Assembly: GCA_019634625.1 (NCBI GenBank)
Contig: JAHCBA010000005.1
Coordinates: 136,950-200,949 of the forward strand
Length of the DNA stretch: 64,000 nt
Source of the DNA: Verrucomicrobiia bacterium
GTDB taxonomy: Bacteria > Verrucomicrobiota > Verrucomicrobiia > Limisphaerales > CAIMTB01
Direction of reading: 5' to 3'
The notes under the pieces were generated by a model. It had not been told where the DNA came from, made no database searches, and worked only from the letters and a program-made list of their open reading frames with translations. This document shows positions 1-8,717 of this stretch, in pieces. Each line of letters starts with the position of its first letter. Within the stretch, counting starts at the first letter, position 1. A program made the translations under genes and the position numbers.

Positions 1-327
1 ACTGCCGTTCACCGCGGTGGTCTGCCCGGGCAGCACGCGCACCTCGGTGACCACGGCGGTGGCGTAACCCGGCCTCGAGAACCGCACCACCTGTTCCCCG
101 GGCGGGACGCCGCCCAACTGGTACCGCCCCTGTCCGTCGGTCACCGTCGCCAGGGTCGTTCCCCGCACCGTGACCGTCACCCCCGCCAGCGGTCGCCCGT
201 CCCAACCTTCGATCAGCGTTCCGGCAACAGAGCCGGTCTCCTGCGCCCATCCCGGCAGAACACCGGCCAGCCCCACGACGAAGGCCAGCACGGCCAAGGC
301 CCAGCTCCGCGGGAACCCGGTTCTCAT
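1..327 (-). CDS. TonB-dependent receptor, 5' portion only (gene continues beyond the left edge)
   Basis: Hand translation of the minus strand from the ATG at 327 gives MRTGFPRSWALAVLAFVVGLAGVLPGWAQETGSVAGTLIEGWDGRPLAGVTVTVRGTTLATVTDGQGRYQLGGVPPGEQVVRFSRPGYATAVVTEVRVLPGQTTAVNGS. This is a signal peptide followed by a carboxypeptidase-regulatory-like beta-sandwich, which typically heads TonB-dependent receptors. It lies 26 nt downstream of the TPR gene on the same strand. It is absent from the ORF track because the window edge truncates it. Confidence 0.6.
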   Translation of the reverse strand, partial: MRTGFPRSWALAVLAFVVGLAGVLPGWAQETGSVAGTLIEGWDGRPLAGVTVTVRGTTLATVTDGQGRYQLGGVPPGEQVVRFSRPGYATAVVTEVRVLPGQTTAVNGS

Positions 328-353
328 GACGTCTGCGGCTCGCATGGGCACGG

Positions 354-1820
354 TCAGGAACGCGCCCGGGCCGCCACCTGTTCCACCCGCTCCAGGTAGC
401 GGGCCACGTTGTCGCGCGGACGGATCCGCTGCGCGCGGCGCAGCATTTCGACCGCCTCGGCGTACTTCTGCTGCTGCACCTTGAGCTGGGCGTGCTTCAG
501 GAGCGCGTCCGCCTCGAACCCTTCGATCCGCGCCGCGGATTCGTACCGGAAGGCGGCCTTCTCCGCCTGCCCGTTCCGCGCCAGGACATCCCCCGCCAGC
601 AGGAGCACGTCGCCATCCAGCGGGTTGCGCCGGGCGATCTCCTCGAGCATGGCGATTCCCTCTTCCGTGTTGCCCGTCCCCACCGCCACCCGCGCCTCCA
701 GCTTCAGCAGGGTCAGGGCGTTGTCCCCTTCCAGTTCTCCCGCCTCGCGGATGGCCGCGATCAACGTGCGCGCCGGCTCCCACGCGCCCCGGCTCACCAG
801 GATGCCCGCCGGACGCAACCCCCGCGAGGCCGTGGCCGCACCGTCCTTCGCGACGGCTTCAAGGTACACGGCCAACGCCAGGTCGGCGTGTTCCCGCATC
901 AGGTACAGGTCCCCGAGCAGCGCCAGTTGGGCTCCGCCCGCGTGCCCGAGCTGACGCAGGATCTCGAGGTTGACGATGGCCGCATCGGACCGCTCCTGCT
1001 GGATGAAGACGTTGGCCTGGAGGGACCACAGGCTTTCCCGCTCGGGGAATTGCTGGATCAACTCGTCGAGCATCGCGACCGCTGCATCGAACTGGTTCAG
1101 CCCGATCCAGGCCTTCACCAGCCCGAGTTTGTAATCCACGTTGTCCGGCTCGAAGATCGTCGCCTGGGAATACGCCCCGGCCGCGGAGGCGAACCGGCTC
1201 TCGTTCAGATACGCGAATCCAAGCAGCCCCAGAATCCGCCCGTCCCACCCGCCCAGGGCCAGCGTCCGGGCCAGCGGCCGGATCGCCTCGGAATACCGGC
1301 CGTCCCGCACCAGCGCCAAGGCCAGGTTCCGCTGCGCCCTCCGGTAGTCCGGAAACTTCGCCAGGGCCTGCTCGTAGTACCGCACCGCCTGCCCGAACTG
1401 CTCATTCTGGAAATACACCGTCCCCAGCGTGTACTCGAACACCGCCGAGCCCGACGGCTGAATGAGCGCTTCCAGCGGTTCCACCGCCTTCAACGGATCC
1501 TCCTGCAACAGCGGCACGATGCGGTCCCGTAACAACGCCTGCTCCTCCGCCGTCATCCGCGGCTCGGCCTCCGAAAGAAACCCGTAGCTCCCGATCAGTC
1601 GCCGCACGAAGTCCGGGTCGTTCCAGATCCCCGACAGCGGATGCTCCACCGGCAGGGGCGCGAAGGTGGTCGGTGCCCTGGACGCCGGCGCCGCCTCCAC
1701 GGCTCCGTCACGGTCCCGCCGCGACCGCGAGGTCTGCGCTGGGGCCGCCATCGCCACCGTCAGCAGCCCGACCAGCAAGGAGAGGCTTCCGGGAATTCTC
1801 ATGGGCTTTCGCATCGGCAT
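354..1820 (-). CDS. Tetratricopeptide-repeat protein, last accessory gene of the TonB-system cluster (TtpD-like position)
   Basis: ORF 354..1922. The start was moved to MPMRKPMRIPGSLSLLVGLLTVAMAAPAQT (signal-like), which removes the overlap with tonB. Repeated TPR-like A/Y/L helices are present (e.g. GQAVRYYEQALAKFPDYRRAQRNLALALVRDGRYSEA). Confidence 0.75.
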   Translation of the reverse strand: MPMRKPMRIPGSLSLLVGLLTVAMAAPAQTSRSRRDRDGAVEAAPASRAPTTFAPLPVEHPLSGIWNDPDFVRRLIGSYGFLSEAEPRMTAEEQALLRDRIVPLLQEDPLKAVEPLEALIQPSGSAVFEYTLGTVYFQNEQFGQAVRYYEQALAKFPDYRRAQRNLALALVRDGRYSEAIRPLARTLALGGWDGRILGLLGFAYLNESRFASAAGAYSQATIFEPDNVDYKLGLVKAWIGLNQFDAAVAMLDELIQQFPERESLWSLQANVFIQQERSDAAIVNLEILRQLGHAGGAQLALLGDLYLMREHADLALAVYLEAVAKDGAATASRGLRPAGILVSRGAWEPARTLIAAIREAGELEGDNALTLLKLEARVAVGTGNTEEGIAMLEEIARRNPLDGDVLLLAGDVLARNGQAEKAAFRYESAARIEGFEADALLKHAQLKVQQQKYAEAVEMLRRAQRIRPRDNVARYLERVEQVAARARS

Positions 1821-1834
1821 TCGTATCGATCCGT

Positions 1835-2497
1835 TCAGGAACCGCTCAACCGGAACCGCAGGGGCAACCGCAGGTACGTCTTCACCGGCTCCCCGTCCTT
1901 CATGCCAGGTTTGAACCGCCATCGCCGCACCGCCTCGAGGGATGGCCGCTCGAATTCGGGATGGGAGGAACTCTCGACCCGCGGATCGTGCACCCGCCCC
2001 TCCTCGTCGAGCAGGAACACCACCGTGACCATCCCCTCCACCCGCGCCCGCCGCAGCTCCGGGGGATACACCGGTGCCACCTGGGAAATCGCCTCGGGCC
2101 GGCGTTCGAGTTCACTGATGTCGAAGACATCCAGCCCGGTTCCCTCGCTCCCCGCCCCAAGCCCTCCGAACCCCATCGCCATCGCCCCGCCCGATCCCAC
2201 CGCCACATCGAGGCTCACGTTGAAGTCCATCGGGGGCGGCGCATCGGCCATCGGCGGCGGCGGCGGTTCCGGCGGGGTCTCCTCGGGAGGCGGCGGCGGC
2301 GGCGGTTCGGGCTCGGTCTCCGGGGCCTGCAGTTGGGCCGCATCCACCCGTCGCAGGGTCAGGTCCTTGTTCAACCGGCTCGACGCCATCTGCGTCAGCG
2401 GCAGCACCAGGAACACCCCCAGTGCCAGCAACCCCGCCAGCACCGTGGACACCCCGAGTCCGATGCGTTCTTCCGGGGGTCGATAAACTCGGCGCAT
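1835..2497 (-). CDS. tonB: Energy transducer TonB
   Basis: N-terminal TM helix (VSTVLAGLLALGVFLVLPL), a Pro/Glu-rich spacer (EPEPPPPPPPEETPPEPPPPP) and a C-terminal TonB fold (YPPELRRARVEGMVTVVFLLDEEGRV...RRWRFKPGMKDGEPV). Confidence 0.9.
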   Translation of the reverse strand: MRRVYRPPEERIGLGVSTVLAGLLALGVFLVLPLTQMASSRLNKDLTLRRVDAAQLQAPETEPEPPPPPPPEETPPEPPPPPMADAPPPMDFNVSLDVAVGSGGAMAMGFGGLGAGSEGTGLDVFDISELERRPEAISQVAPVYPPELRRARVEGMVTVVFLLDEEGRVHDPRVESSSHPEFERPSLEAVRRWRFKPGMKDGEPVKTYLRLPLRFRLSGS

Positions 2498-2544
2498 GGT
2501 CGGTACGATCGCGGTTCGGCAGAGAGGCGTTTCCTCAAACCGGC

Positions 2545-2955
2545 TCAGCCTCCCCCCGGCCGGGCGGCCAGGCTCACGTTCTTTGCGCCGCCAAGAATGG
2601 CCTCATCGATCACCCGCGTAAGCAGCCCGGCGGTCGCCTGCTGATCCGCCTGGATGATCACCGGGAGCTTTTCCTTGTCGGTCAGCCGCTTCACCAGCGG
2701 TCGCACCCCGCTCAACCCGATCTCCCGCCCCCCGTACACCACCTGCCCCTGCGGCGTGACCGCCAGCAGGATGCTGTTCTTGTCGAGTTGCGACGCCGAC
2801 GCCGCCTGCGGCTTGTCCACGTCCACCCCGGTCTCCTCCACAAAGGTGGTCGTCACGATGAAGAAGATCAGCAGGATGAACACCATGTCGATCAGCGGCG
2901 ACACGTTGATGTCGCTCACTTCCTCGGTGTCGGTCACGGAACGTCGGTATCTCAT
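2545..2955 (-). CDS. exbD: Biopolymer transport protein ExbD/TolR
   Basis: Lies in ORF 2545..3426. The true start is [34 protein letters not shown] (ATG at 2955), forming an ATGA overlap with the exbB stop. The upstream Gly-rich extension of the ORF is not coding-like. Confidence 0.9.
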   Translation of the reverse strand: MRYRRSVTDTEEVSDINVSPLIDMVFILLIFFIVTTTFVEETGVDVDKPQAASASQLDKNSILLAVTPQGQVVYGGREIGLSGVRPLVKRLTDKEKLPVIIQADQQATAGLLTRVIDEAILGGAKNVSLAARPGGG

Positions 2956-3587
2956 GCGCCTGGTGCCATGGAGGGTCTCCCGCCGCCCAACGTCCCGGCC
3001 CGGTTGAACCGCTGGGTCGTCACACTTTCCAACCGGGCCAGAAAGGCCTCGAACTCCGCCCGCCGACGCCGGATCACCTGGATCAGGATCAGCCCGGGCA
3101 AGGCGATGCACAGCCCGACCTCGGGCGGAAACAACGCCTGCGAAATCCCCGCCGCCATCGCCTCGGTGACCTGCCCCCCCCCGCCGCCCGCCGCCAGGGC
3201 CTGGAACGTCACCAGCATCCCCAAGACCGTCCCCAGCAATCCCACCAGCGGCGCCGCCGCCACCAGCGTTCCCAGCCACGCCAGTTGCCGGTCCACCGGT
3301 CCCAGTTCCGCCACCGCCACCTCGGAGAAACGCCGGTGGATGTCCTCCACCGAGGTCACTTCGTCCTGTGTGTACCGGATCACCTCGCCCGCCCATCCCT
3401 CCCCCCGACGCGGTTCCACCACCCATTCCATCCAGGTCCGTTCCTCCACCATCCGCCCCCCGCGCCCCCGCACCGACAGCCAGAGCCGCACCCCGACGAA
3501 GAACATCGTCAGGCAGATCGCCAGCAACGGGAGCATCACCCAGCCGCCCGCCCGCCAGATCTCCAGAATCCGTTCAAGCGTGGCCAT
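2952..3587 (-). CDS. exbB: MotA/TolQ/ExbB proton-channel protein (short form)
   Basis: 211 aa with three TM segments and the conserved block [21 protein letters not shown]...[17 protein letters not shown]. Confidence 0.9.
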   Translation of the reverse strand: MATLERILEIWRAGGWVMLPLLAICLTMFFVGVRLWLSVRGRGGRMVEERTWMEWVVEPRRGEGWAGEVIRYTQDEVTSVEDIHRRFSEVAVAELGPVDRQLAWLGTLVAAAPLVGLLGTVLGMLVTFQALAAGGGGGQVTEAMAAGISQALFPPEVGLCIALPGLILIQVIRRRRAEFEAFLARLESVTTQRFNRAGTLGGGRPSMAPGA

Positions 3588-4989
3588 GCGTCGCCGCCCC
3601 CTTCAACCCGGGCTGCTCCAGGCCGTTGATAAACGCCACCGTCGTCTGTTCCATGCTCCCCAGCACGGCCTTGACCTTCCGGGACAACACCGAGTGCAGC
3701 AGCAACGACGGAATCGCCACGATCAACCCGAACTCGGTGGTGATCAGCGCCTCCGAGATCCCCCCCGCCAGGGTCTTCGGATCGCCCGTCCCGAACACGG
3801 TGATCATGTTGAACGTGTTGATCATCCCCGTGACCGTCCCCAGCAGCCCCAGCAACGGCGCCGCCGCCGCCGACAGCGCGATGAACGGCAGCCACTTCTC
3901 CATCCGTGGCTTGGTCTGCAGCATCTCCTCGTACATCACCTCCTCGATGTACTCCTTCGGCTCGTCCACATGCCCGATCGCCCGCTCGATCATCCTCCCC
4001 ACCGGACCCGCCACGCCGCGCGCCTTCGCCATCGCCTGGTCCCGGTTGCCCGCCTTCAGGGACGCCAGGATCCCCTGCAGGTCCAGGGGCGTCGCAATCC
4101 GGACCCGCGCGAGCTGAAACCATTTCCCCCCGAACATCCCCACCGCGAACAACCCCAGCGCCAGGATCGGCACCATCACCGGCCCGCCCTTCTTCACATG
4201 CTCCACCAGCCCGTCCTTGGTCCGCGCCAGCTTGAGCGCATTGCCTCCCGTGACATCCACCGGCAACGGCCCCGCACCCGATGCCGAAAACGCCCGGATC
4301 CATCCGGTCTCCTGCGGCCCCAGCGGCACCACCGTCGGCCCCGCCGAACCCAACTGCAGTTCCGCCAGTCCCGCCGCGTCGCTCTCCCCGCTCGTGAAAT
4401 ACGCCACCGGTCCCAGCAGCCGGAAGGTCCCCGTCTCCAGACGCCCCGCCGCGGTCAACGCCTTGCCCTCGAATCGCGCCCCCCCCGAAACCTCGCCCAG
4501 CCGGTCCAACGCCAGATCAATCACCCCCAGCATCCCCTCCAGCCGCTCGGACGGCTCCCGACCCAGCCCGGAACCCGACTCTTTCGCCGCTCCGATCCCC
4601 TCCGCCCATCGGTCCACCTCGGCAATGTGAATCCGCGTCTCGAACACCCTCAGATACTCGCCCAGCAGCGCCTCGACGAACCGCACTTCCTCGCCCCGCG
4701 CCCGTGCCAGGGCACGCTCCGCGTTGAGCACCACCAGGGCGTTCTCGTTCGCACGCTCCGCCCGGTCGAGTTCCCGTCGCCGGTCGAGCACCTGCCGCTC
4801 CAACCCGTTCACCGACTCCGCCAGCGGCAGCCGCTCCGCCTCGATGCGCTGACGCAGTTCGGACAACTCCGCCAGAGCGGCCTCGAGCCGGCTCGCGGAT
4901 CCCGCCTGCAACCCGGTCAGGGTCTCGTTCGCCAACGCCGAACCGCCCGCCAGCATCCCCGCCAGAACCCAAAGAAGACTCGTTTTCAT
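3574..4989 (-). CDS. MotA/TolQ/ExbB family protein with a long periplasmic coiled-coil N-terminal domain (TtpC-like)
   Basis: Lies in ORF 3574..5178. The start was moved to MKTSLLWVLAGMLAGGSALA (signal peptide, ATG at 4989). The C-terminal channel block is AAAPLLGLLGTVTGMINTFNMI...GGISEALITTEFGLIVAIPSLL. Confidence 0.85.
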   Translation of the reverse strand: MKTSLLWVLAGMLAGGSALANETLTGLQAGSASRLEAALAELSELRQRIEAERLPLAESVNGLERQVLDRRRELDRAERANENALVVLNAERALARARGEEVRFVEALLGEYLRVFETRIHIAEVDRWAEGIGAAKESGSGLGREPSERLEGMLGVIDLALDRLGEVSGGARFEGKALTAAGRLETGTFRLLGPVAYFTSGESDAAGLAELQLGSAGPTVVPLGPQETGWIRAFSASGAGPLPVDVTGGNALKLARTKDGLVEHVKKGGPVMVPILALGLFAVGMFGGKWFQLARVRIATPLDLQGILASLKAGNRDQAMAKARGVAGPVGRMIERAIGHVDEPKEYIEEVMYEEMLQTKPRMEKWLPFIALSAAAAPLLGLLGTVTGMINTFNMITVFGTGDPKTLAGGISEALITTEFGLIVAIPSLLLHSVLSRKVKAVLGSMEQTTVAFINGLEQPGLKGAATHGHA

Positions 4990-5009
4990 CGCTGTCCCTC
5001 CCCCCGGGT

Positions 5010-5771
5010 TCACGGCAGTTGAACCGGCAATCCCACAAACGTCGGCGGTGCCTCGTCCCGATACATGGCGATCGCCCGCCGCACCGCCGGCCCCACCTCG
5101 GGTCGCACCTCCCATACCCAGCCGTCCGGACCCGGCCGGCCCACGCCGCTGTACCGCCCCGACCGATCCGTGAACCACGCCTGGCCCAGTCCCAGATACA
5201 CGGTTTCCACCTGCACTTCCGCGCCCTCCGGACGTCGCTGCACCTCGCTCACCACCGTCACCGCGGCGTTGAACTTGTCGATCTCGTGCAGGATCCCCAC
5301 CACGTTCTGCAGCCGTTCCATCACCCCGGCCCGGCCGCTGGCCGCCGCCTCCGCCGGGATCCGTCGCACCAGCGGATCAATCTGGCTGCGCAACGGCGCC
5401 GGCAACCGCGGTGCCCATTCCCGGAGTCGTGCCTCGTATCTCCCCACCCGGTCCCGCGCCACCCCCAGCGCCTTCTCCCCCAATTCCAACTCCGCCCGTG
5501 CCTCTGCCAAATCCCGGTCGATCTGCGTCGTGTTGGTGGTGAATCCGCCCAACCGTTCCTCGATCGATCTCAGCTCGCGCTCGTACAATCCTGCCGTCTG
5601 GCGCAATAACTCGCTGTCCCGCTCCCATTCCGTCCGCGTCCGCGACAGCAGTTCCTGGGTCCGAACCCATTCCGTCACCCATTGACGCGCCCCGGCCAGC
5701 GTCCCCTCGGCCGCTGCAAACGCCCCGGCCGGAAACGCCAGCACTCCCATCAGAATGACCATGATCCGCAT
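5010..5771 (-). CDS. DUF3450-like periplasmic coiled-coil protein (TtpB-like first gene of a TonB2-type cluster)
   Basis: Lies in ORF 5010..5900. The start was moved to [19 protein letters not shown] (ATG at 5771). It has a coiled-coil N-terminus and its position directly upstream of the long ExbB matches TonB2-type clusters. Confidence 0.7.
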   Translation of the reverse strand: MRIMVILMGVLAFPAGAFAAAEGTLAGARQWVTEWVRTQELLSRTRTEWERDSELLRQTAGLYERELRSIEERLGGFTTNTTQIDRDLAEARAELELGEKALGVARDRVGRYEARLREWAPRLPAPLRSQIDPLVRRIPAEAAASGRAGVMERLQNVVGILHEIDKFNAAVTVVSEVQRRPEGAEVQVETVYLGLGQAWFTDRSGRYSGVGRPGPDGWVWEVRPEVGPAVRRAIAMYRDEAPPTFVGLPVQLP

Positions 5772-6021
5772 CGCGTGGCACAGTGCCCGCCGCCCGATTG
5801 CGGTATCGCGACCGATCGGTGACAACTCCGTGACAAACCCTCCCCTCCCGAAGCGCCCCGCCCCGCACGCGCCACTCTCCATGCGCACCGAAAAGCACAC
5901 TCCGTTTTCATCGCCGCCAGCGCCATTTCGGGCCAGCTACACTTGCAATCTTCCCGCCTCTCGTCGCAGCGTTCCTCCGGGAGTCGTGGCCCGGAAGTCC
6001 CCAGCCGGCTCCCCCACGCCT

Positions 6022-6894
6022 ATGAAAGCGCCGAGGACCCGTCCCTCCCTTCCCGGATTCACCCTGATCGAACTGCTGGTGGTCATCGCCATCATTGCGA
6101 TCCTCGCCTCCATGCTCCTGCCCGCCCTGGCCAAGGCAAAAAGCAAGGCCCAGGGCATCTCCTGCCTCAACAACACCAAGCAGATGATGCTCGGCTGGCG
6201 CATGTATGTGGAGGACAACGACGAACGCCTACCCGGCGCCTACGCCGCCAAGGGAGGCCCCAACGAGCGCTACGCCTGGGTGGTCGGCATCATGGACTAC
6301 AACGGCGGCAACCGCTCCAACTGGGATGTCAACGAAGACCTCGCCAAAAGCCCCCTCGCCCCCTACATCGGCAACAGCTACGGCATCTTCCGATGCCCCG
6401 CTGACAAATCCTCCGTCCAGGTCACCGCCGGCGATCGCCGCGGCCAGCGCCTCCCCCGTGTCCGCAGCATCTCCATGAATTCATGGGTCGGCGGCAATTA
6501 CGAGGATGTCCGCGCCAATCAGCTCTCCTGGTGGCATGTCACCGCCCCGCGCATGGCTCTCTATCTCAAATCCACCGACATGAAGGATCCCGGCCCGTCC
6601 CAAACCTGGGTCCTCATCGACGAGCGCGAAGACAGCATCAACGACGGCTTCTGGGTGATCTCCATGGACGGCTACCCCAACACCGCCCAGACCAAGATCG
6701 TCGATTACCCCGCCAGCTACCATAACGGCGCCGCCGGCCTCTCCTTTGCCGATGGCCACTCCGAAATCCGCCGCTGGGTCGATCCCCGGACCCGGCCGGC
6801 GCTCCGCCCCAATGGCACCATCCCGCTCAATGTGGCTTCGCCCAACAACCGGGATGTCGTCTGGCTCCAGGAACGTACCACCCGCCCGCAGTAG
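6022..6894 (+). CDS. Prepilin-type N-terminal cleavage/methylation domain protein (DUF1559-like, PVC-typical)
   Basis: Lies in ORF 5755..6894. The start is [40 protein letters not shown], a classic type IV pilin-like leader with a hydrophobic helix. The C-terminus contains FADGHSE (H-X9-DG-like). Confidence 0.85.
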   Translation: MKAPRTRPSLPGFTLIELLVVIAIIAILASMLLPALAKAKSKAQGISCLNNTKQMMLGWRMYVEDNDERLPGAYAAKGGPNERYAWVVGIMDYNGGNRSNWDVNEDLAKSPLAPYIGNSYGIFRCPADKSSVQVTAGDRRGQRLPRVRSISMNSWVGGNYEDVRANQLSWWHVTAPRMALYLKSTDMKDPGPSQTWVLIDEREDSINDGFWVISMDGYPNTAQTKIVDYPASYHNGAAGLSFADGHSEIRRWVDPRTRPALRPNGTIPLNVASPNNRDVVWLQERTTRPQ

Positions 6895-7007
6895 CCCCGG
6901 CCACCCCGCGCAACGGATCGGCGCGCCGCCCGGCTCCCCGACTGCCTGGCGGCCCCGCCCGTCTGTGGGCCGGTTGAAAAACGATCCCGCACCCGTACCG
7001 TGCCGTC

Positions 7008-8717
7008 ATGGCTGAGCCGAAGAAGAAGAACCCCGCCGTTCCCCCGCCCGGCGAACCCAACCCGGAGGAGGCTCCCTTCGCGCCGCCGCCGGCCATGATG
7101 GACCTCCTCTCCCGCGAGGAACTTGACCGCCTCTCCACCCTCCAGATCCTCGACCTCATCGCCGGCAAACTGCCCCCCCGCCATTCCGCCCTCCTCGACC
7201 TGGCCTACCTCCGCGACCGCGTCGTCGGCCTCGAGGAAACCAACGACCAGGCCCGCCAGGTCATCGAGAAGTACGACGAGGCCCTCGACAAACTCCGCTC
7301 CCCCGCCCTCCGAGTCGGCACCTTCCTCGCCGCCCTCGAACCCGACCGCGCCCATGTCTGCCTCGGCGGCGCCGACTACATCTGCCGCGTCGATCCCCAA
7401 CTCGCGCTTTCCAGTCTCCAGATCGGACAGCGCGTCCTCTGCAACGAAGCCTTCGCCGTCGTCCAGGGCCTCGGCTTCGACCGCGGCGGCCCCCTCGTCC
7501 GCATCGATGAAGCCCTCTCCGACGGCCGCCTCCGCATCGGCACCGAGGCCGGTACCGCCCCCGTCGTCGTCCTTCGCTCCGCCCTGCTCGCCAAGGAAAA
7601 ACTCAAGCCCGGGCTGGAAGTCCGTCTCGATGCCAATCAACGCGTCGCCCTCGAAGTCCTCGGCGTCGGCAAACGCATCGACCGCTCCCTCGACCGCGTC
7701 ACACCCATCCCCTGGTCCGCCATCGGCGGCCAGGACGAAGCGGTCCAGGCCATCCGCGACACCATCGAACTCCCCTTCCTCCACCGCGACCTCTTCCGCC
7801 GCTTCCAGCACGCCGTCCCCAAGGGCTTCCTCCTCCATGGCCCCCCCGGCTGCGGCAAAACCCTCCTCGGCAAGGCCACCGCCTGGAACCTCCGCCAGCA
7901 GATCCTCGACGCCACCGGGGTCGAACACCCCGAGTTCTTCCTCCACATCAAGGGACCCGAGGTCCTCAATATGTGGGTCGGCGAATCCGAACGGCAGGTC
8001 CGCGACCTCTTCGCCCAATGCCGCGAACGCGCCTCCGAAGGCCACCTCGCCTTCCTCTTCATCGACGAGGCCGAAAGCATCCTCGGCGTCCGGCGCGGCG
8101 GTCGCGTCCACAGCATCCTCTCCACCCTCGTCCCCATGTTCTGCACGGAGATGGACGGCCTCGAACCGCTCTCCAATGTGGTCATCATCCTCGCCTCCAA
8201 CCGCGCCGACCTCATCGACCCCGCCATCCTCCGCCCCGGCCGCATTGACCGGAAAATCCGCGTCCGCCGCCCCGACAAGGACGGCGCCCGGCGGATCTAC
8301 GGCATCTACCTCACCGATTCGCTGCCCCTGGCCGAGCCCTCCGACACCCTGGCCGCCGCCATCGCCGACGCCCATTACGCCCGCCATCCCGACAACGAAT
8401 TCCTCGAAGTCACCTTCCGCAGCGGCCGCCGTGATGTCCTCACCCGCGGCGACGTCGCCAGCGGCGCCATCATCGCCGCCGTCGTCGAACGCGCCAAAAG
8501 CCTCGCCATCAAACGTGCCATCGCCTCCAGCACCGCCGGCGAACTCACCCGCGACGACCTCCTCGCCGCCCTCCGCCTCGAACACGCGGAAAACGACCTC
8601 TTCCCTTCCAGCGACCTGACCGAGGACTGGCTCAAACTCACGGACTTCGACCCCGAAAACGTCGTCCGCCTCGGCCCCATCCGGCCCCGTCGCGAGGAAC
8701 GGAGCGCCGTCGTGTGA
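7008..8717 (+). CDS. mpa: Proteasome-associated AAA+ ATPase (Mpa/ARC type)
   Basis: N-terminal coiled coil (LRDRVVGLEETNDQARQVIEKYDEALDKL), tandem OB-like region, Walker A GPPGCGKT, Walker B LFIDEAE, and a pore-loop-like MWVGESE. It is the first gene of the proteasome operon. Its stop overlaps the next start (GTGA). Confidence 0.9.
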   Translation: MAEPKKKNPAVPPPGEPNPEEAPFAPPPAMMDLLSREELDRLSTLQILDLIAGKLPPRHSALLDLAYLRDRVVGLEETNDQARQVIEKYDEALDKLRSPALRVGTFLAALEPDRAHVCLGGADYICRVDPQLALSSLQIGQRVLCNEAFAVVQGLGFDRGGPLVRIDEALSDGRLRIGTEAGTAPVVVLRSALLAKEKLKPGLEVRLDANQRVALEVLGVGKRIDRSLDRVTPIPWSAIGGQDEAVQAIRDTIELPFLHRDLFRRFQHAVPKGFLLHGPPGCGKTLLGKATAWNLRQQILDATGVEHPEFFLHIKGPEVLNMWVGESERQVRDLFAQCRERASEGHLAFLFIDEAESILGVRRGGRVHSILSTLVPMFCTEMDGLEPLSNVVIILASNRADLIDPAILRPGRIDRKIRVRRPDKDGARRIYGIYLTDSLPLAEPSDTLAAAIADAHYARHPDNEFLEVTFRSGRRDVLTRGDVASGAIIAAVVERAKSLAIKRAIASSTAGELTRDDLLAALRLEHAENDLFPSSDLTEDWLKLTDFDPENVVRLGPIRPRREERSAVV

